From: Felis catus
Lineage: Eukaryota
Assembly (NCBI RefSeq): GCF_018350175.1
Contig: NC_058368.1
Location: 114,516,001-114,580,000 of the forward strand
Length of the DNA: 64,000 nucleotides
Reading direction: 5' to 3'
The first letter of the stretch is position 1, and each line of letters opens with the position of its first letter. A program made the position numbers and the translations under genes. The notes below the pieces were generated by a model. It was not told the DNA's origin, did no database searches, and saw nothing but the letters and a program-made list of their open reading frames with translations. Positions 55,211 through 64,000 of the stretch are shown here, piece by piece.

Positions 55211-55549
55211 TAGCTGAACTCCTGGGGCGCCTGGGTGGCTACTCAGTTAGGTGTCTGACTTCAGCTCAGGTCACGATTTCACGGTCTGTGGGTTCAAGCC
55301 CCGAGTCGGGCTCTGTGCTGACAGGTCAGACTGGCCTGGAGCCTGCTTCAGATTCTCTGTCTCCCTCTCTCTCTGCCCCTCCCCTGCTCGTGCTCTGTAG
55401 ATCTCTCAAGAATAATAAATCTTTTTTAAAAAATAGCTGAACTCTTTAGAGTTCCCAAAGCATGTATATTCCTAACATACTTTTATTCTGATGTTACTGA
55501 AGCAGAAAGTGGGAGATCTTTTCAACTGTGTCTTCTGAACTTGTTTTGT

Positions 55550-58500
55550 GTTTTTGAAATATAATTAACATACAGTGTTTATATTAGTTTTAGGTGTACA
55601 CTATAATGATTCAACAATTCTATTCATTACTCAGTGCTTGTAGTAATAAGTATTTCTGAAGTTTGACAAAATAATGCCGTAAATTTAATCCTCTTTATTT
55701 CACTCATGGCCCCACCCATCTCCCCTCTGGCAACCACCAGTTCTCTGTATTAAAGAGTGTGGGGTTTTTGTCTCTTTTTCTTTGTTCATTTATTTTGTTT
55801 CTTACATTCCACAAATGTGGAGTGCCTGAGTACCTCAATCGATTTAAGCATCCCACTCTTGATTTCAGCTCAGGTCATGATCTCACTGGTCAGGAGATCA
55901 AGCCCTGTGCTGGACTCTGCCCTGATAGTGTGGAGCCTGCTTGGGATCCTCTCTCTCCCTTTCTCCCTGCCCCTACCCATCTTGGCACGCTCGCATGTGT
56001 GCTCTCTCTCTCACTCTCTTCCAAATAAATTAACAGTTAAAAAAAATCCACATTTATGTGAAATCATATGGCATTTGTTTTTCTGTGACTTATTTCACTT
56101 AGCATTATACCCTCTGAGTCCATTCATGAGGTTGCATATGGCAAGATCTCACTCTTTTTTTTTATGAATGAATAATATTTCTGTGTGTGTGTGTGTTCTT
56201 TATTCAGTTATGGATAGACATTTGAATTGCTCCCATGTCTTGCCTGTTGTAAATAATGCTGCAGGAAACATAGGGGTGCATGTATCTTTTTAAATTTGTG
56301 TTTTTGTTTTCTTTGGGTAAACACCTAGTTGTGGAATTCTTGGATCATATGGTAATTCTTTTAATTTTTTGAGGACCTTCCATACTATTTGCCACAGTGG
56401 TTACACTAATTTACCTTCCCACCAACAGTGCAGGAGAGTTTTTGTTCTCCACCTCCAACCCAACACTTTTTGATACTCTCCATTCAGACAGATAGATGTG
56501 AGGTGGTATCTTGTGGTTTTGATGTGCATTCACCTGATGATTCATGGTGTTGAGCATCTTTTTATGCACCTGTTGGCCATTTACATGTCTTCTCTGGAAA
56601 AGTGTCTGTTCAGGTCCTCTGCCCATTTTTAACTGGATTATTTGGACAGTTGTTGGTGTTACATATTTTGGATATTAACCCCTTATCAAGTATATCATTC
56701 TCTATGTATCTTCTCCCATACAGTAGGTTGCCATGTCATTTTTTGGGTGGTTTACTTTGCTGTGCAAAAGCTTTTTATTTTGGTGTAAAATCCCAATAGT
56801 TTATTTTTGCTTTTGTTTCCCTTGCTGAGATGTATTGAGAAAAATGTTTGTATGACCAATGTCTACAAAATACTGCCTTGTTTTTCTTCTAGGAGTTTTA
56901 TGGTTCCAGGTCTTACCTTTAGATGTTTATTTTTGTATATGTTGTAAGAGAGGGGTCCAGTTTCATTCTTTTGCATGTAGCTGTCCAGTTTTCTCAGCAC
57001 CATTTGTTGAAGAGACTGTCTTTTTGTCATTGTATAGTCTTGTGTCCTGTCTCAGAGATTAATTGATCATATAAGCTATAAGCATGGGTTTGTTTCTGGG
57101 CTCTTTATTCTGTTCTGTTGATCTCTATGTCTTTTTTTGTGCCAGTGCTGTATTCGATAATATTTGATACTTTTATTTCTAAAGAATTTTTTCACCTTAA
57201 TGTTTTCTCATGTAAGGTTGTGAAACAATGTTTGTAATCCTTAAAGCCTTTTCTTTCTGTAAGAACTCTTATTTTTTTTCCCAGCCTTACTGAGGTAAAA
57301 TTGACATATAACATTGTGCAAGTTTGTAACAATATAATAATTTGATATATATTGTGAAATGATTACCACAGTAAAGTTAGTTAACACATCCACTGTTCAC
57401 AGAGTTAACATTTTGTGTGTATGTGGTAAGAACTTTGAAGATTTAGTTTCTGGGGTGCCTAGGTGGCTCAGTCAGTTGAGCATCTGACTCTTGTTTTTGC
57501 CTCAGGTCCTGTTCTCATAGTTTGTGAGTTCGAGCCCTGCAATGGACTCTGTGCTGACATCATGGAGCCTGCTTGGGATTCTCCCTCTCTCTCTGACCCC
57601 CCCCCCATTTGCATTCTCTGTCTCTCTCAAAATAAACTTAAAAAAAAAAGAAAGAAAAGATTTACTTTCTTAGCAACTTTTAAGTATACATTATTGTTTT
57701 TTTAATGTTTAATTATGTTTAATTAATAATGTTTAATTATTTCTTTTTGAGAGGGGGAGGACCTAGTCAACCTAGCCGCTCAGGCGCCCCACATCATTGT
57801 TAACTATAGTCACCATGCTGTATGTTAGAACCCCAGAACTTATAACTGAAGTTTGTACCTTTTGACCACATTCACCACATTTCACATTCCCCACTGCCCA
57901 CACCCATAGGAACTATAGATCTACTCTAGGAGTTCTTTTTTTTTTTTCACACGTAAGTGAAATCATACAGTATTTCATTTGCATTTGTGACTTATTTCAC
58001 TTAGTTTAATGCCCTCAGGTTTTATCCATGTTGTAAGTGGCAGGATTTCCTCCTCTTTTTTTTTTTTTTAATTTTTTTTTAAATGTTTATTTATCTTTGA
58101 GAGAGAGAGAAAGACAGAGAGCATGTGGGGGAGGGACAAAGAGAGTGGGAGACACAGAATCTGAAGCAGGCTCCAGGCTCTGAGCTGTCAGCACAGATCC
58201 CTACATGGGGCTTGAACTCACCATGAGATCATGACCCAAGCCGAAGTTGGACGTCCAACCAATTGAGCCACCCAGGCACCCCAGATTTCCTCCTTTTTTA
58301 TGACTGAATAATATTTCTGTGTGTGTGGGGTGTGTGTGTGTGTGTGTGTGTGCACGCACGTGCGCGCATACGCGCGTGCACGTGCATGCACATACACCTC
58401 ACATCATTCCCCGTATCCATTCACCCATCACTGGAGGCTTAGGTTGTTTCTATATCTTAGCTGTTGTGAATAACACTGCAGTGAATGTGGGTGTGCAGAT

Positions 58501-59075
58501 AATCCTTTGAAATGGTGATTTCATTTTCTTCAGATACATACTCAGAAGTGGGATTGCTGCATCATATGGTAGTTCTGCTCTTAATTTTTTGAGGAGCCTC
58601 CACACTGTTTTCTATGGTGGCTGCACCAATTTATAGTCCCACCAACTGCAAAAGGCTTTCTTTTCTCTGCATCCTTGCCAGCCCTTATTTTATTGTCTTT
58701 GATGATAGGTCTTCTAACAGGTGTGAAGTGATGGCTTCTTGTGGTATTGATTTGCATTTCCCTAATAATTAGTGTTGTTCACCCCTTTTTATATACCTAT
58801 CGGCCATTTGTATATTTTCTTAGGAAAAATGTCTATTTAGGGTGATTTGCCCATTTTTAAAGTCAGATTATTTGGTCTTTTGCTTTTGAGTTGTATGAGT
58901 TCCTTATATATGTATTTGGATATTAACCTCTTGTGTGATACATGATTTGCAAATATTTTCTCTCATTCCTTACGTTGCCTTTTCATTTTGCTGATCATTT
59001 TTTTGCTATGCATAAACTTTTTAGTTTGTTATAGCCCCACTTATTTATTTTTGCTTTTGTTGTTTGTGCTTTATT
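55550..59075 (-). mobile_element. Two adjacent 5'-truncated L1 3' ends (about 55550-57155 and 57275-59075), each interrupted by SINEs
   Basis: T-rich strand with reverse-complement L1 3'UTR/ORF2 C-terminal motifs occurring twice. Confidence 0.85.
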
Positions 59076-60053
59076 ATTGTTATTAAGTTTTGTTTTCTGA
59101 AGTTTGACAAAATAATGCCATAAATTTCATTCTGAGAGTATCCTTTTGTTTCTATCCTGTTAGCAAAGTAAAGGCATAAATGGCTACATTTAAAAAAAAA
59201 ACCTACTTCTATGGCTAACCAGATCAAATAAATAATATTCAAAGCAAATTTTCTACTTAATTGATTATATGTAACATCATTTACTATACTCTCCTTTTCC
59301 ATTTTTTTTTTTGTTGGTTTGTTTGTTTGTTTGTTTTTTCCAGTTTATTCATTTTTGAAAGAGAGAGCGTGAGTTGGGGAGGGACAGAGAGAGGGAGACA
59401 CAGAATCTGAAGCAGGCTCTAGGCTCTGAGCTGTCAGCACAGAGCCCGACTCAGGGCACGAACCATGAGATCATGACCTGAGCCGAAGTTGGACACTTAA
59501 CCGATGTAGCCACCCAGGCACCCCCTTTTTTGTTTGTTTTTAAGTCCATTTCCAATTGAACTTTTGGAAGAAGCTCAAATGGACATGGGCCCCGGGTGAC
59601 TTTTATAGGCTATTCATTTATAAGACAGCAATATGAATTCACCCATGAGCATTTATACCAGTGATTATTTTACATATCTCCCAAAGATTTTAGGAGTTCT
59701 AGAGACGATAATGTTGTAAGTCTTTATTTTGGGAATTTACTGTAATTTAGCCCTCTTGAAGCCTGGCAAGATTAGTCAGATCCCTAAAGGTAATTGGGAA
59801 TTTCTTAGTCTTTGTGTCCTTTTCAGCTGTAAATAGGAGTATTGGGCTGAGTTTCTGCTCTAGTTTGCTTCCTATGATTATTTGTGGGGTAGATGATGGG
59901 TTGGGAATGTTTTATGCTTTAGTTTATCTGTATTTACTGGGGTGAAAGATATATTAATGATGGATACTGTCTCTGAAGTTAGAGATGTGGATGAATTGTT
60001 ACCTATTTTCTTTTCCAAGTTCTAATCAATTTCTTGTCATTTCTGTTTCACAG

Positions 60054-60167
60054 ACTTTCACTCCCCTAGTAGATAAACTTGGTTTGGGTTCTGTGGTTCC
60101 AGTTGAATACCTTTTGGATCGAGAGCTTCGTTTCCTGTCAGATGCTAATGGATTGCATCTGTTTCAG
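60054..60167 (+). CDS. KDM3B: KDM3B exon 3 ([22 protein letters not shown]...HLFQ)
   Basis: cacAG|...CAG|GTACTT, 114 nt. Confidence 0.96.
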
Positions 60168-60441
60168 GTACTTAATACTTCCTCTCAGTCCTAAACTTAT
60201 TTCCCTCCTTGCTAATTTGTTTGTTGATTATAAATATGTTTCCCCTTTTCTTTTAGTATTGAAACAAGTGTTTCCGTTAATTCCCTGTGCATTTTAAAGC
60301 TTTTCTGCTACCTTGAAAGTCCATTCAGTGGCTGAGACTTGTTTCCTCTTCAGCACACCCCACCCTACCTTGAAACCACTTAAGACTTAAGACCACAATT
60401 CTTTTTATTATTATTTTTTTTAATGTTTTCATTTTATTTCT

Positions 60442-60472
<31 letters not shown>

Positions 60473-61655
60473 CGCGTGCGAGCAAGCAGGGGAGGGGCAG
60501 AGAGGGATAGATACAGAATCTGAAGTAGGCTCCAGGCTCTGAGCTGTCAACATAGAGCCTGACATGGGGCTCAAACTCATGAACTGTGAGATCATGACCT
60601 GAGCCAAAGTTGGATGCTTAACTGATTGAGCCACCCAGGTACCCCAAAGACCACAATTCTAAGGGTCTCCCCAGAAGGTGGTTTCACAGAGGTGGCTACT
60701 TGTATAACTTGAGGGGGCCTATACTTAGGTCAGTGGCAGAGAGGCTGGGAGTTTGGGCTTATTCCAAGCAGCATTAAATATTAAAGAGCTTAGGTGTATC
60801 TCTACTTAGAAAGAAAAGGGGTAAATTAGTAGTTTAAACAAACTAGCATCTGAGTTAGAGTTTGAAAATTTTTGGATGGTAATATTTATTTCTCACTTGT
60901 AAGATTTATTGTCTGAAGGCTAAAAATTAGGAAACTTCTAAGTTTTGCTGTCTTATTGAGGCAGCTAAGAACAGTATTTCCTTAACTGTGTTGTGTGAAA
61001 TATTAGTGATGATTTCTTTGTTGATATGTCTTCCTTTCTCTTTCGGCCTCACTCCCTCTCACCACCCTTACTTTATTCATCTTTGCAATCTTAGTGTTTA
61101 TATGAGTAGGCACTCAGTAAATGTTGAATAAATATCAACATATACCAAAAGATTTACATGGAATAAAATATTTTGTGGTCATATATGTGTGAGAAACCTA
61201 AACAAATTTTTTTTTTACATATCTTGTCAGAGCCTTTCATCTGCTACAACATATAGAAAGATAGAGTATATAGTATTTCCTATAATTAAATGATCCGAGC
61301 ATCATTTTTTGCAGAACATCTCATGAGACTAGGGTTCTACAGAACATTCTTTGGTGGGGTGCCTGGGTGTCTCACTTGGCTGAGCATCTGACTCTTGATT
61401 TTGGCTCAGATCATGATCTCACAGTTTTGTGAGTTTGAGCCGCATCTGGCTCTGTGCTAGCAGCGCGGGGCCTGCTTGGGATTCTCTTTCTCCCTCTACC
61501 CCTGCTCGTGCTCTCTTTCTTTCTTTCCCTCAAAATAAATTTAAAAAAACAAACAAAAACAAAACAAAAAAAAAAAACATTCTTTGGCACTGTCAGTATA
61601 GAGCTCCTCAAGGGTATGATTTTCTCACCTGGTTAGATATTGCTATTTATTTTAA

Positions 61656-61826
<171 letters not shown>

Positions 61827-63080
61827 TGAATCAGGTGTGTGGTCAGTGTTGAAGTGATAGTATGGGAAGGACACCATGCAACCCTAAACATTTGTGTTTC
61901 TTCTTGTGGGTAGAGTCCATCAGAGTATTTCCAGTTAGCAAGATCTCTAGAATAGATGGGAAAAATAGAATCTCACTCAGACCACAGTTACCTCTTTAAA
62001 TTACATTTCATAATATCCAGTTTTGTTGTGAGTTTTGTTTTGTTTTGCTTTGTTTTCCATTTCCTAAATAGTTACCAAGGACAAATCTTGTAGTAAACAC
62101 AATGTTAAGGAACTAGAGCTAGAAAACCTCTGCCCTTATTGAGCTCAGTGTCTGTGAAGTTCCTAAAGACTAAAAAGACCAGTAACATAAATAACAACCT
62201 AGAGTGCAAGGTACATGTTCATAAAAGAAGGTATCTACAGACTCGTTCACATTAACAACATGTTATTTTTTTAAGAATTAAAACAAAAGAATCCTTAGCT
62301 GTTTCCAGTTCAGATACAGATTTTGCCCAAGAGTCTACATAAAGAATATTTATCCTTCCCTTTGTGTTGCACATCTACTCCTCTTTTTTTCTGAGCCTCT
62401 TGAAAATCATGATTTTCAGTGAAACAGGGTCCTTGGTTCTCTTTGTCAAACTGTATCTGAATGGGTAAAAGTAGGAAAACTGGCTTATTTGGAGAAGGAG
62501 AGTATCAGCATAAAGTGATGTTTAATGGTCAAGGAAAGATATGAAGGAGGAAAGAATGTGAGAAAAACTTGATAGAAGAAAACTGGACAGAATGAGAAGT
62601 GAATATGTACGTGGATACATAGAGAAACATTGAGGAAGCTTCATTATAGTTGTGAGAGATAATAATAATTTAAAATCAGTGATGACTTAACTATATAGTC
62701 TCAAATGTATGAGATAATGCAGAGGAGAGAAACTGTCCTTCTTGGAGGGCAAATGAAATTGCAGGGTAACATTACCTGCTGATAAAGTAATATCTTTAAA
62801 ACTTTGTTTTCCTAGGAAGGCAGGTGCTATGTTTGTTCAGACTATTACTAGTGCAGAGGATGGAGACCTCATAAATGGAACTCTCCACCTATTGCTATTG
62901 AAAGTCAGCAGAGTACAGATGGTTATCTAACATTCCTATGGTCACATGACAAAATAGTATGTTCAACTTACTGACCTCCCTTTTTTGTTGTTTTTAATTT
63001 TTTATTTATTTTGAGAGCAAGAAAGAACACGCCAGCCAAGGAGGGGCAGAGTGGGAGAGGGAGAGGGAGAGGGAGAGGGA

Positions 63081-63132
<52 letters not shown>

Positions 63133-63599
63133 CCCAAGCAGGCTCCGCACTGTTAGCGCAGAGCTGGACTTGGGGCTCGATCCCACGAACTGTGAGATCA
63201 TGACCTGAACTGAAATGAAAAGTTGGACACTCAACCAACTGGGCCACGCAGGCGCCCCACTGACCTCCCATTTTTTTTATATGTGTATATCAGATGAGAT
63301 ACGTCTGATAAATTTTCTTACTACCTGTAGTTTTTGTTTGTAAGTTTTGTCTTCCTTCTATTCCTTCTAGAATTGGAAGATTCAGATAGGGTGAAATCAG
63401 ATTTGGAATGCTACAGAATCTCCACATAGAATTTACAAAGATCATGAGGAAAAATTATTTTGTTTTTAAGTGGCTTAATAACCATTTTATTCAGCTCTAT
63501 ACAAGAGAAGTGAAAGTGCTAAATATTTACACCAAAGTTTTCTTTCTGCTTTTAGAAAGAACCATGAATTATAACTTTGCCAAACATTTTCAGTACTGA

Positions 63600-63833
<234 letters not shown>

Positions 63834-64000
63834 TAGGTTCTGTCTCCAGCTCTTTCACTTAATGACTGTATGATCTTGAGAAAGGCTATTCAACTTTCTT
63901 AACCTCTTTGTTCTCATTTGTAAATTAAGAGATAATTAGGTAATCCCCCAGCCCCACCTCAGCACTGTTTTGGGAACTGGGATAGTAGATCTGAACGTGC

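Overview
This is mammalian genomic DNA from a felid, judged by the many SINEC_Fc-type tRNA-derived SINEs. Gene order matches the human 5q31.2 block. In order it contains: (1) the 5' half of CDC25C on the - strand (non-coding exon 1 plus 7 coding exons, 240 codons), including a 99-nt in-frame exon that I do not recall in the human canonical protein; (2) head-to-head with CDC25C, across a CCAAT/CDE-CHR promoter, a compact intron-containing gene that the ORF track shows only as fragments, which splices into an intact ~222-aa histone-mRNA stem-loop-binding protein paralogue (oocyte-type SLBP2), with three tandem Musashi/Pumilio-like elements in its short 3'UTR; (3) the complete FAM53C gene (+, 392 aa), with uORFs, one of which stops on the main AUG; (4) KDM3B exons 1-5 (+). 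The rest is roughly 40-45 SINEs, L1/L2/MIR/hAT/LTR relics and microsatellites. Exon boundaries were read by hand from GT/AG sites and frame continuity. Gene and repeat names come from recognition, not database searches.
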